From Microbacteriaceae bacterium (GTDB lineage Bacteria > Actinomycetota > Actinomycetes > Actinomycetales > Microbacteriaceae): a DNA stretch of 64,000 nt. Below, in pieces: positions 44,495 through 53,321 of the stretch (position 1 is the first letter of the stretch; each line of letters opens with the position of its first letter). Location of the stretch: NCBI GenBank assembly GCA_025352325.1, contig JANXTR010000053.1:13567-77566 (forward strand), read 5' to 3'. The translations under genes were made by a program, and so were the position numbers. The notes under the pieces were generated by a model. That model searched no databases. It worked only from the letters and a program-made list of their open reading frames with translations, and was not told the DNA's origin.

Positions 44495-45099
44495 ACCTCG
44501 GGCAGGAAGATGTCCTCGGGGATCACCGCGGGCAGGTACTCACCCGCCCGCGTGCGCTCGTGGATCTCCTGGAAGCCCAGCCCCGACTCGCGCGCGACGA
44601 CCAGCTTCTCGGGGTCGAACCAGGTGCCGATCGGGTTCTCGGCGAACTCCTTCGCGTTCGCGATCCATTCGCTCGAGTCGGCCCAGTCGCCGAAGCCGTC
44701 GACCTGGATCTCGACGCCGTTGCCGTCCGGGTCCTGGTAGTAGACCGACATCGTGATGCCGTGGTCGAGCTGGAGGAACGGGAGGATGCCGTGATTGCGC
44801 AGCCGGATGTAGTTGTTCATCCACATGTCGAAGGTGCTGAACTCGAAAGCGGTGTGATGGATGCCGGTCTCATGGCCCTTGTCCGTCGGGTGCTTGAGCC
44901 CGGGAGGGGAGAGGAATGCAATGCGGTGGTTGGCCTCGTCGTTGGTGAGCCAGGAGGCCCCCTCGCTCTGGAACACGGGACGCAGCCCGCAGACGAGCCC
45001 GTACCAGGCCACCATCTGATCCATCCGAAGCGTGGTGAAGGTGGTGTGGTGCAGCTTGGGGGGGTTGACCGGGCGGTCAGTCATCGCGTTGTCGGGCAT
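44488..45099 (-). CDS. VOC-fold extradiol-type ring-cleavage dioxygenase-like protein
   Basis: 203-aa ORF with LHHTTFTTLRMDQMVAWY, NHRIAF, HHTAFEF and YYQDPDGNGVEIQ (metal-ligand His/His/Glu pattern). A strong AAAGGAGAG SD lies upstream. Confidence 0.85.
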   Translation of the reverse strand: MPDNAMTDRPVNPPKLHHTTFTTLRMDQMVAWYGLVCGLRPVFQSEGASWLTNDEANHRIAFLSPPGLKHPTDKGHETGIHHTAFEFSTFDMWMNNYIRLRNHGILPFLQLDHGITMSVYYQDPDGNGVEIQVDGFGDWADSSEWIANAKEFAENPIGTWFDPEKLVVARESGLGFQEIHERTRAGEYLPAVIPEDIFLPEVW

Positions 45100-45140
45100 T
45101 TCTTCTCTCCTTTGAGATGAGTGATGGATGGCGCAGGGAT

Positions 45141-47477
45141 TCAGTTTGTCGGATCGACCAGATCGAGGGCAGCCGCAATCTGAGCGTCCGGGCCGATGCC
45201 GTGCAGACGGTACAGCTCTTGGAGCGTGCCGGTCTGGCCGAACTCGGTGACCCCGAGGTTCACGCTCCGCACGCCTCGAATCGCGGCGAGGAACGCGAGG
45301 GTGTGCGGATGCCCGTCAAGGACGGTGACCATCGGAACGGCCCGTTCGCCGGAGAACACCTGGTCGAGAATCGCCGCGTCGCCGTCGCCGTGCCCGCTCC
45401 GCGCCCGGACCGCCCGATACAGGCGATCGGCGCTGGTGACGCAGATCACATCCGCGGCGACACCCGACTCCTCGAGGCGGTCCGCGGCGGCGAGCACCTC
45501 GGGCATGAGCGCGCCCATGCCCACGAGCATGACGTCGGGGTGCACCGCTCGGCGCAATGCATATGCGCCCGCTACGACCTGGCGGCGACGACGTTCGCGC
45601 GCCGCGGGATCCGGCGGGACGGCGGCCAGATTCTGGTCGATCACGCGCGAGCTGAGACGCAGGTAGCTCGACGATCCGTCCGGTCGGCCGAGGCGCGACA
45701 GGGCATCGAGCATGCACCACTCGAAGTCCTGAGCGAACGCCGGTTCGAACGAGACGACGCCCGGCTGCTCGATGCCGATCGAGGGGCTGATGATCGACTG
45801 GTGCGCTCCCCCCTCGGCGGCGAGCGTCACCCCGGACGGGGTCCCGATCAGGATCGACTGCCCGCCGCTGTAGACCCCGAACGACCAGGGCTCGAGCGCC
45901 CGCGTGACGAAGGGGTCGTAGAGAGTGCCGATGGGCAGGAGCGGCTCACCCCATCTGCTCCAGGTGGCGCCCAGCTCCCCGAGCAGGCTGACCAGGTTGA
46001 CCTCGGCGATGCCGAGTTCGATGTGCTGGCCGGATGGGCGTTCGTTCCAATGCAGGATCGTCTCCGCGTCATCCGCGAACCAGTCCCGCTTCTCGCTCGG
46101 CGACCACACCCCCGCACGGTTCACCCACCCGCCGAGGTTGGTGCTGGAAGCGACATCCGGAGCGACCGTGACGACCCGACGGGCGACATCGGGGGCGACG
46201 CGGACGAGGTCGAGCAGCAACCGCCCGAGGCCCTGCTGCGTCGAGCTGTGCCCGGTGATCGCGCGATCGAAGTCGGCGGGCACAGGCACGGGGTGCGACG
46301 TGGGAACCGGTGGGCGGCGCAGGAGCTCGGCGACCTCGGAGCAGAGCTCCGCCTCCAGGGAATCGTCCGCGAAACCCCGCCACGGATCGTCGACGCTCTC
46401 GCCGAGCTCGGCGGCGACCTGGGCCAGCTGAGCCGGCTTCAGCAGGTTGGAGTGATTTTGCGGATGGCCCGCGCTCGGGAGCCCGTGTCCCTTGATCGTG
46501 TACGCAAAGATCACGGTCGGCCGGGTGTCGTCGATCTCTTCGAAGGACTGGATGATGCTCGAAAGGTCATGGCCACCCAGCCCGCGGATGACGCGCATGG
46601 CCTGGTCGTCGTCGAGCCCCTCCAGCAAACCCGCAATGCTGCGCGCTCCGTCGCCGACACCGGGGAGCCGCTCGCGCAACTCGGCGGCCGAGCAGCGCAG
46701 CAGACGCTGATACTCGGGGTTCGACATCCCGTCGATGCGGTCCTTCAGGCGTTCGCCACCGGGTTTCGCGAACAACTCTGTCAGCAGGCTGCCGTACTTG
46801 AGGGTGACGACCTGCCATCCGGCAGCGGCGAACATGGCCTGGAGCCGGGTCGCCGAGATGTTGGGAACGACCCTGTCCAACGATTGCCTGTTGAAGTCGA
46901 CGATCCACACGAGCTCGCCGAGGTCGGCGACCATCGGGTCGAGCACCGCTTCCCAGACGGCGCCCTCGTCGAGCTCGGCGTCCCCCACCAGGCTGAACTG
47001 TCGGCCCGCACTTCGCGGCGTGCCAACTGTGTCGGCGGCATAGCGACGCGCGATCCCGCCCCAGATCGGTGCCGTGGCTCCGATGCCGACGGAACCCGTG
47101 GAGTAGTCGACGGTGTCGGGATCCTTCGAGCGACTCGGGTAGCTCTGGAGCCCGTGGAAGGCGCGGAGTGTGCCGAGCTCGGCCGGCGAAAGTTCGCCCA
47201 GCAGATAGTTGATGGCGTGCAGGACCGGTGACGCGTGGGGTTTCACCGAGACGCGGTCCTCCGGGGTCAGCGTCGTGAACCAGAGGGCGGTCATGATTGT
47301 GGACAGCGATGCGCTGGATGCCTGGTGCCCCCCGATCTTGATTCCATCGGGGTCTCTGCGCGCTGGCGCATTGGCGGCGTCGATGATCGCCGTGGACAAC
47401 CAGAGGACCTTGCGCTCGATGGATCGGAGCACGTCGAGATCGACGTCGGACGCTGCCCGTCGTTCCGCTGTCTCCAT
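45141..47477 (-). CDS. AceE-type (homodimeric) ThDP-dependent 2-oxoacid dehydrogenase E1 homologue
   Basis: 778 aa from METAERRAAS at 47477, with a GAGGGAG SD 6 nt upstream. Contains IGGHQASSASLSTIM, the ThDP motif GDAELDEGAVWEA...DFNRQSLD, and a transketolase-like Pyr and C-terminal domain. The stop is only 41 nt from the VOC gene start. Confidence 0.88.
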   Translation of the reverse strand: METAERRAASDVDLDVLRSIERKVLWLSTAIIDAANAPARRDPDGIKIGGHQASSASLSTIMTALWFTTLTPEDRVSVKPHASPVLHAINYLLGELSPAELGTLRAFHGLQSYPSRSKDPDTVDYSTGSVGIGATAPIWGGIARRYAADTVGTPRSAGRQFSLVGDAELDEGAVWEAVLDPMVADLGELVWIVDFNRQSLDRVVPNISATRLQAMFAAAGWQVVTLKYGSLLTELFAKPGGERLKDRIDGMSNPEYQRLLRCSAAELRERLPGVGDGARSIAGLLEGLDDDQAMRVIRGLGGHDLSSIIQSFEEIDDTRPTVIFAYTIKGHGLPSAGHPQNHSNLLKPAQLAQVAAELGESVDDPWRGFADDSLEAELCSEVAELLRRPPVPTSHPVPVPADFDRAITGHSSTQQGLGRLLLDLVRVAPDVARRVVTVAPDVASSTNLGGWVNRAGVWSPSEKRDWFADDAETILHWNERPSGQHIELGIAEVNLVSLLGELGATWSRWGEPLLPIGTLYDPFVTRALEPWSFGVYSGGQSILIGTPSGVTLAAEGGAHQSIISPSIGIEQPGVVSFEPAFAQDFEWCMLDALSRLGRPDGSSSYLRLSSRVIDQNLAAVPPDPAARERRRRQVVAGAYALRRAVHPDVMLVGMGALMPEVLAAADRLEESGVAADVICVTSADRLYRAVRARSGHGDGDAAILDQVFSGERAVPMVTVLDGHPHTLAFLAAIRGVRSVNLGVTEFGQTGTLQELYRLHGIGPDAQIAAALDLVDPTN

Positions 47478-47498
47478 CGAATGCTCCCTCGTCGCAGC

Positions 47499-47510
47499 AA
47501 GATATATCTT
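47499..47510. promoter_or_regulatory. Perfect 12-bp palindrome AAGATATATCTT in the divergent E1/gntR intergenic region (candidate GntR operator and/or -10 TATCTT)
   Basis: Read directly. The core GATATATC recurs at 48334..48341 with the same spacing to a Shine-Dalgarno. Confidence 0.35.
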
Positions 47511-47594
47511 ATAGCGTAGCTCGCGCAACCCGGATGGGAATGGCGGGCTCCGCCGCCCATGGCACGATGTGACCAGAACAGTCGAGGAGATCAC

Positions 47595-48281
47595 ATGACG
47601 CTGCAGGGACAGGTGCGTTCCGTCGCATCAGCCAACGCGTCCGCGGTCGACCTCGTGACCGCGGAGATCCGTCGGGCCGTCCTGACCGGCACCCTCGCCG
47701 CCGGAGAGCAGTTCTCGATCCGCGACCTCGCCACGCAGCTCGGCGTGAGCCACATCCCCATCCGCGAGGCGCTCCGTCGGCTCGAATCGCAGGGGTTGAT
47801 CATCCTGAAGCAAGCGCGCAGTGCCAGCGTCGCCCCCCTGAGCATGGCCGACCTGCACGCGATCTACCGGCTTCGCTACGAGGTCGAGCTGCCCCTGGCC
47901 GGCGCGTCGGCCGGGCGACGCGATCCCCACCAGATCGCGCGGTTGGACGCCCTGCTCGAGTCGAGTCGCGACCACGATCCCGAGATCGCCTGGCAGGCGC
48001 ACTACGACTTCCACGAAGCGCTCGTCCACCCCGCGGCGAACGATTGGGACGACCGCGTCCTCCACACCCTGTGGGTCGCGGCCGAGAGGTACACGCATTT
48101 GGTCTTCGATCCGACCCAGATCACCGACACCGAACGCGCGCGTCGGTACGAGACCCATCGCGTCCTCCGCGATGCCGCCCTCGTGGCCGATCCGGAGGCC
48201 ATGGCCGAGGCGCTCCGCCTGCACCTCGTCATTAACGAGGACCGCATCCGTGCTCACATCGCGCCACTCGAAGACGCCTGA
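47595..48281 (+). CDS. GntR-family (FadR/FCD subfamily) transcriptional regulator
   Basis: Starts MTLQGQ at 47595, with a GAGGAG SD 5 nt upstream. wHTH is FSIRDLATQLGVSHIPIREALRRLESQGLI, followed by a helical FCD-like C-terminal domain. Confidence 0.88.
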   Translation: MTLQGQVRSVASANASAVDLVTAEIRRAVLTGTLAAGEQFSIRDLATQLGVSHIPIREALRRLESQGLIILKQARSASVAPLSMADLHAIYRLRYEVELPLAGASAGRRDPHQIARLDALLESSRDHDPEIAWQAHYDFHEALVHPAANDWDDRVLHTLWVAAERYTHLVFDPTQITDTERARRYETHRVLRDAALVADPEAMAEALRLHLVINEDRIRAHIAPLEDA

Positions 48282-48333
48282 TCTCGGATCGGAATCGCTC
48301 TTGCGCGCGGCGTCATCGGGCCATACCATGCAG

Positions 48334-48341
48334 GATATATC
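48334..48341. promoter_or_regulatory. GATATATC motif 12 nt upstream of the HIT-gene Shine-Dalgarno (second copy of the 47499 motif)
   Basis: Read directly as GGATATATCGTAGCGAGTAGCGAGGAGGCTGACGTG. Confidence 0.3.
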
Positions 48342-48365
48342 GTAGCGAGTAGCGAGGAGGCTGAC

Positions 48366-48791
48366 GTGAACCACTGTCTCCCGTGCGATCTGGAAGGCGT
48401 CGAGCCCGCCCGGATCGTCCACCGTGACGATGTCTGGTCGTGCGAGATCGCGGACGGCTACGACGTTCCGGGGTGGTTCGTCCTGCGCCTCCGGCGTCAC
48501 GCCGAGGGATGGTCAGGGCCCACGGTCGAGGAGCTCGCCGAGTTCGGGCCCGTCTCGCAGCGTCTCTCCGCGGCCATCCAGTCGGCGATGGGTGCCACCG
48601 GCATCTACTTCATGAGCTTCGGCGAGAACCACCCGCACTTCCATTTCCTGGTGGTCGCGCGCGACGCGGACCTTCCGGCGGTGTCTCGCGGCGCCGCCAT
48701 CCTGGCCCGCCGCGCGCACGGCCGGGACCTCGACGCCTCGCTCGCCGTCGGCGAGCGCGTTCGCTCGGCGCTGGCCGCGGCATCCATCTGA
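48366..48791 (+). CDS. HIT-family protein
   Basis: 141-aa ORF with a GTG start after GAGGAGG. N-terminal CxxC (CLPCD) and histidine triad HPHFHFLVV. Confidence 0.85.
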   Translation: MNHCLPCDLEGVEPARIVHRDDVWSCEIADGYDVPGWFVLRLRRHAEGWSGPTVEELAEFGPVSQRLSAAIQSAMGATGIYFMSFGENHPHFHFLVVARDADLPAVSRGAAILARRAHGRDLDASLAVGERVRSALAAASI

Positions 48792-48840
48792 GAAACGAAC
48801 CCCGCAGGACCCCGCAGTTCCCACCCACCCCGAAAGGACA

Positions 48841-49737
48841 ATGATGTCCACACCGTTCACCCACACCGTCGGCGGCTCCGGCTCCGCTGCTGGCTTCACC
48901 TTCACCGGACGCACCAACATCGGCGGTGACGTCGCTCCCCGTTCCGGTGAGCCGCTGATCATCGCGCTCCACGGCGGAACCTACTCCTCGGAATACTTCG
49001 ACATCCCCGGCCACTCGTTGCTCGACAACGCAACGACGCAGGGCATCCCGGTGATCGCCCTCGATCGGCCGAACTACATCGGTTCCAGCCCCCTGACGTC
49101 GGAAGGGTCGATCATCGTCGACAACGCCGAGGTGCTCGGAAATGCGATCGGGTCGATTTGGGACGAGCACGGCGGGGATGCCGCAGGCGTCGTGCTCGTC
49201 GCGCACTCGATCGGCGGGGCGATCGCCACGATCATCGCCGCGACACCGCAGTCCTGGCCCGTGCTCGGTCTCGCGACATCCGGATGCCTGGTGCGGGTCC
49301 CGCCGGAGTCGGCGGGCGCATGGGCATCGCTGCCGCCCATTCCGATGATCGACCTACCAGTGCCGCTCAAAGATCAGCTGATGTTCGGACCGCCGGAGAC
49401 GTACGACGGGGCCATGCCGGCAGCCAGCTACCCGTCGAACACCTCGGTGCCGAAGGCGGAGCTGCTCGACATCACCGGAGCCTGGCTCGAGCGCCGTGCC
49501 GAGACGACCGGGAAGGTGGCCGTCCCCGTGCACCACCGGCAGGCCGAGTTCGACCACCTCTGGGTGACCGACCAGAGCGAGGTCGACGAGTATCGCGCCG
49601 GATTCACGTCCGCGCCGTCGGTCGACATCGAACTGCAGCTGGGCGCCGGGCACTGCATCGACTTCCACCTGCCGAGCGACGAGTTCCAGAACGCGCAACT
49701 CGCCTTCGCCCGCACGTCCGCCGCAGCGAAAGTCTGA
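48841..49737 (+). CDS. Alpha/beta-fold hydrolase
   Basis: 298-aa ORF with an AAAGGA SD. Oxyanion region LIIALHGG, nucleophile elbow AHSIGG, and C-terminal GAGHCIDFH. Confidence 0.85.
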   Translation: MMSTPFTHTVGGSGSAAGFTFTGRTNIGGDVAPRSGEPLIIALHGGTYSSEYFDIPGHSLLDNATTQGIPVIALDRPNYIGSSPLTSEGSIIVDNAEVLGNAIGSIWDEHGGDAAGVVLVAHSIGGAIATIIAATPQSWPVLGLATSGCLVRVPPESAGAWASLPPIPMIDLPVPLKDQLMFGPPETYDGAMPAASYPSNTSVPKAELLDITGAWLERRAETTGKVAVPVHHRQAEFDHLWVTDQSEVDEYRAGFTSAPSVDIELQLGAGHCIDFHLPSDEFQNAQLAFARTSAAAKV

Positions 49738-49742
49738 ACGCG

Positions 49743-50798
49743 ATGACGTCGAGCGTGCTGCGCGATGTCCACGTGTTCCGGGACGGCCTATTCGGTGATC
49801 CCGAGGATGTGGTGATCGAGGGGGCCGTTATCGGGACGGACGCCGCTGGTGCACTCGACGTCGAGGTGGGTGGCTGGTTGATCCCCGGCCTGATCGACAC
49901 CCACGTGCATGTCATCGGAGCCGACACGCTCGCCACGTTCGCCGCCTTCGGCGTGACCACCGTGCTCGACATGGCGAATCCGATCTCGCTCACCACACCC
50001 CTGCGCGGGCTGCCGGGTGTCGCGGACCTGCGCGCGGTCGGCGTCGCCGCCACCCATCCGGCCAGCATGCACGCCCAGCGGATGAAGGCGGGGCCGATCG
50101 TGCTCGTGGCCGAGCCCGGCGACGCGGATGCCTGGGTCGCCGCGCGCGTGGACGAGGGCGCCGACTACATCAAGATCGTCATCGACCTCCCCGGCTTCGA
50201 GCAGCAGACGGTGGATGCGTTGGTCGTCGCGGCCCACACGTTCGGTAAGAAAGTGGTGGCCCACGCGTCCCGGTACGACGCCGTCGTCATGGCTCAGCGG
50301 GCGGGAGTGGACATCCTCACCCATGCGTCGCTCGACCGCGCGATCGGAGAGGAGCAGGCGGTCGAACTCGTCGCCGCGGGCACCGTCATCGTGCCGACGC
50401 TGACGATGATGCTGGGTCTCGTCGAGGGCATGAAGGCCGCGGGCGTCCCCGGGCCGGTCTACGAACCGGCCCGGGCATCCGTCGCCGCGCTCCATGCCGC
50501 GGGGATGCCGATCATCGCCGGGACCGACGCCAACGCGGTCCCCTTCTCGCCGTCGTCACCGGCGTTCGGCGCGAGCCTTCATCAGGAACTCGAGCTGCTC
50601 GTCGACGCGGGCCTGACGCCGGCGGACGCGTTGAGCGCCGCGACCTCGGTCGCCTCCGACCACTTCGATCTCGACGACCGCGGCCGGATCGCGCCCGGCC
50701 TGCGGGCCGATCTCGTTCTGCTGGGCGCCGACCCGACCGCCGACATCGCGGCCACCCGCCTGATCCGCGGAGTCTGGGTCGCCGGAATCCGGATCTGA
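49743..50798 (+). CDS. Amidohydrolase-family metallohydrolase
   Basis: 351 aa from MTSSVLRDVHVF at 49743. HxH motif GLIDTHVHV, later AHA and THA His ligands, and GTDAN Asp. The 546-aa track ORF is an upstream shadow. Confidence 0.88.
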   Translation: MTSSVLRDVHVFRDGLFGDPEDVVIEGAVIGTDAAGALDVEVGGWLIPGLIDTHVHVIGADTLATFAAFGVTTVLDMANPISLTTPLRGLPGVADLRAVGVAATHPASMHAQRMKAGPIVLVAEPGDADAWVAARVDEGADYIKIVIDLPGFEQQTVDALVVAAHTFGKKVVAHASRYDAVVMAQRAGVDILTHASLDRAIGEEQAVELVAAGTVIVPTLTMMLGLVEGMKAAGVPGPVYEPARASVAALHAAGMPIIAGTDANAVPFSPSSPAFGASLHQELELLVDAGLTPADALSAATSVASDHFDLDDRGRIAPGLRADLVLLGADPTADIAATRLIRGVWVAGIRI

Positions 50799-50988
50799 GA
50801 GCGAACAGGCACGCGGCCGTCGTCACCGACTTCAGCAAACAACCCGTGTAAGCCGGATTCACCGAACCGGCACCTGCGGATGGCGAAGCGATCGCGGCGT
50901 TGCTATAACGTGCCGTGGCGATGGCTCCACGAGTCACCCAGGGACCACCCGGGCGTCCCTAAGTACGAGTTTTTCCTGGGGTCCTCCG

Positions 50989-51012
50989 CTGTCGCGAAAG
51001 CGCCCGCGACAG
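50989..51012. terminator. Inverted repeat CTGTCGCG-N8-CGCGACAG downstream of both the amidohydrolase (+) and ArsR (-) genes
   Basis: An 8-bp stem read directly. No adjacent U-tract, so function is uncertain. Confidence 0.2.
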
Positions 51013-51066
51013 GATTCGAGCACCTCCCTCTGAGCGATGGAATACCGTCCGCGACCGAATCGAAGC

Positions 51067-51621
51067 CTATGTCCCGGTATCCAGATGGTCTCGTGTGGCC
51101 GCCGGAAGGCTGATGAGGCTGATGATCCGGCGGGATCGCCCTTTCTTCGGCATGGCGGCCTGTTGCTGCTCTACGACGCGCTGCACTTCGGCGACCAGAT
51201 TCTCTGCCTCCACGTCCGTGGCCCAGAGAGCCGTTTGACGGTAGGTCACCTTGTCGGCTCTGGGATCCGCGTTGACATTCCCATCCAAGTAGCGATCGAA
51301 ATCAGCCAGCAGACCTGCGACGAAAGCAGCGAAGAGGTGACGGTGATCTTCGATGCTCATCGCGGCGATGGCTTCCGGGTCTAACTCTGTCGCGCTCTGG
51401 ACAAGCTGATAGGTGCGTTCGACAGCTCCCCTGGTTCGGCGTTCGCTCACAATATCGAGGACCCCCGCCTCAACGAGGATGGCCACTTGGCGATAGGTGG
51501 TAGCCGCCGAGACGTCGGGAATGCGTGCTGTCAACTGTGACGTGGTCAGTGGATAACCGTCCAGAAGTGACTGGATAATTCGTAGGCGGACCGGGTGCAA
51601 AAGAACTTCGGTAGAGACCAC
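51067..51621 (-). CDS. ArsR-type winged-helix transcriptional regulator
   Basis: 184-aa ORF with a GTG start. Contains LLHPVRLRIIQSLLDGYPLTTSQLTARIPDVSAATTYRQVAILVEAGVL. Many A/T-ending codons (CTT, TTG, CTA, ATT, TCA, TAT), atypical for this window. Confidence 0.8.
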   Translation of the reverse strand: MVSTEVLLHPVRLRIIQSLLDGYPLTTSQLTARIPDVSAATTYRQVAILVEAGVLDIVSERRTRGAVERTYQLVQSATELDPEAIAAMSIEDHRHLFAAFVAGLLADFDRYLDGNVNADPRADKVTYRQTALWATDVEAENLVAEVQRVVEQQQAAMPKKGRSRRIISLISLPAATRDHLDTGT

Positions 51622-51663
51622 GGCCCCAGTGTCGCATATCTGCTACCATTCTCAATTGTGCGA

Positions 51664-52629
51664 ATGAAGATCAATGCCGCGCAGGCGCTGCCCACAACAG
51701 ACGGTGCCACCCCTCACGCGATCGAGCACGAAGTGGGTCTAGCGAATGGCTCTGGGTTGATATTGCGAGGCACCCTGGTCGTTCCCGCTGGGCCCGGCCC
51801 GTGGGCCGCGGTCCTGATTATCCCGGGATCCGGACCCCTCGATCGTGACTCAAACATCGGCTCGCTGCGCATGAATATTGGCACGATGGCGGCCGCATTA
51901 GCCCAACGTGGTATCGCATCGCTCCGCTACGACCGCCGCGGAATCGCCGCTTCTGACGGCAATTGGCTCGCGACCGGCTTCTTCGACAACCGAGACGATG
52001 CTCTCGCGGCGCTGCACTATTTGCGCCTACGCCCAGAGGTTCATGGTGATGCGCTGGGGGTTGTCGGGCATAGCGAGGGCGGCCTTCACGCGCTCTGGCT
52101 CGCGGGTCACGCGAACATTAACGCCGCGGTGCTACTCGCAACGCCGGCGCGGTCCGGGCGTGATGCTCTGCAATGGCAGGAGACACGCATTCGCAGCACG
52201 TTACCCACGATCGCCAGGCCAGTATCCGCATTGATGCGCGCCATAGCGTCCAGAACCTTGGCACGCGTAGAAGCCTCCACAGGTGACACTGCGCGCATTT
52301 ATGGGCGCCGCATGAATGTGCGCTGGTATCGGGAGCTCCTGAACTACGACCCGCTCGAAGACTTAGCGATGATCTCCGCACCTGTGCTGGCGATTACTGG
52401 AGATAAGGACCTGCAAGTATCGCCGGGCGATCTCGAGATCTTCGCCCGACTGATCCCGACTCACACTGAGACCGATGCGGTGACGGATTTGACGCATCTG
52501 CTTCGCCGGGACGCACAGAGACCCCGGCTCCGTTCGTATCGCCGGCTCCTGAAACAACCGATGGATCACGACCTGGTCGAGAACGTCGCGATTTGGTTGC
52601 GGTCTCAACTGTCGACGGCCGTCGACTGA
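51664..52629 (+). CDS. Alpha/beta-fold hydrolase
   Basis: 321 aa from MKINAAQ at 51664. Contains IPGSGPLDRD, nucleophile elbow GHSEGG, ITGDKDLQV and a C-terminal His region. Divergent from the ArsR gene and uses atypical codons. Confidence 0.8.
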   Translation: MKINAAQALPTTDGATPHAIEHEVGLANGSGLILRGTLVVPAGPGPWAAVLIIPGSGPLDRDSNIGSLRMNIGTMAAALAQRGIASLRYDRRGIAASDGNWLATGFFDNRDDALAALHYLRLRPEVHGDALGVVGHSEGGLHALWLAGHANINAAVLLATPARSGRDALQWQETRIRSTLPTIARPVSALMRAIASRTLARVEASTGDTARIYGRRMNVRWYRELLNYDPLEDLAMISAPVLAITGDKDLQVSPGDLEIFARLIPTHTETDAVTDLTHLLRRDAQRPRLRSYRRLLKQPMDHDLVENVAIWLRSQLSTAVD

Positions 52630-53163
52630 GACTGGTCGCCGCGGGCTGACGCTGATGTGTATGCGGACTCCCGCCATCCCCGCAAGTTCTCCACGGAAGA
52701 CCGCGAAAGCTCAGACTCGAAAACGTCGACGGCCGACCGTGAGTGGATGTGGTCACTCACCACGATCGCGACGAACCCCTCTCAAGGGTTGCCGAAGCTG
52801 ATCGTCGGCACGAGCCTCAACGCTCCCAACCGGGAGATCGCGGAGGAAACACGACGACCGCGGCTACCTGCAACTCGGAGTCGACAAGTACCAGAGCAAA
52901 CTCAGCGATCTGAACATCAAACCTCTCCGTCCCTCGGCAGATGGCGGCTATAGCCATGCCAGCAACGTTCCAAGGCAGCTATCTTGACGCCTGCCCATCT
53001 CTGATCAAGTGGTGTCGGTGATCGCGTCGCGGAGAGTGACGTAGGTCAGGTCGGGGAGGGCAAGGTAGTCGGACTCGGAGCGGTAATCGGTCATGTGGGT
53101 GTCCTTTCGTGACACCTCACCTGTGCGCGGCACACCATCGATCCGTGCGATTCAGTCGCTGAC

Positions 53164-53178
53164 GCCCCGAAACGGGGC
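53164..53178. terminator. Perfect hairpin GCCCCG-AAA-CGGGGC about 145 nt downstream of the CocE/NonD gene
   Basis: Read directly. No U-tract. Confidence 0.25.
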
Positions 53179-53321
53179 AGGGCCTCGAGAACTGAGGATC
53201 GCTATGGAGGCTGCTGCCCGTTGCGTGAGTCGGGTTTGCTGGACGAGTTGTTCGCTTAGATCGACGCCGGCACCGTGCAACCCGAGACGGGCTGACTTTC
53301 GTGGCGTGGGCTACCCGGCCT

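Noticed and set aside
48800-48817. Tandem CCCCGCAG-GA-CCCCGCAG between the HIT and hydrolase genes
   Set aside because: There are only two copies of an 8-mer in a 49-nt spacer. It has no hairpin potential and no recurrence elsewhere in the window, so it is probably incidental.
52828-52848. NREIAEE, suggestive of a LuxR-type HTH remnant in the decayed stretch
   Set aside because: The flanking residues do not fit the LuxR/NarL HTH spacing in any frame, even allowing one frameshift. A seven-residue match is not sufficient.
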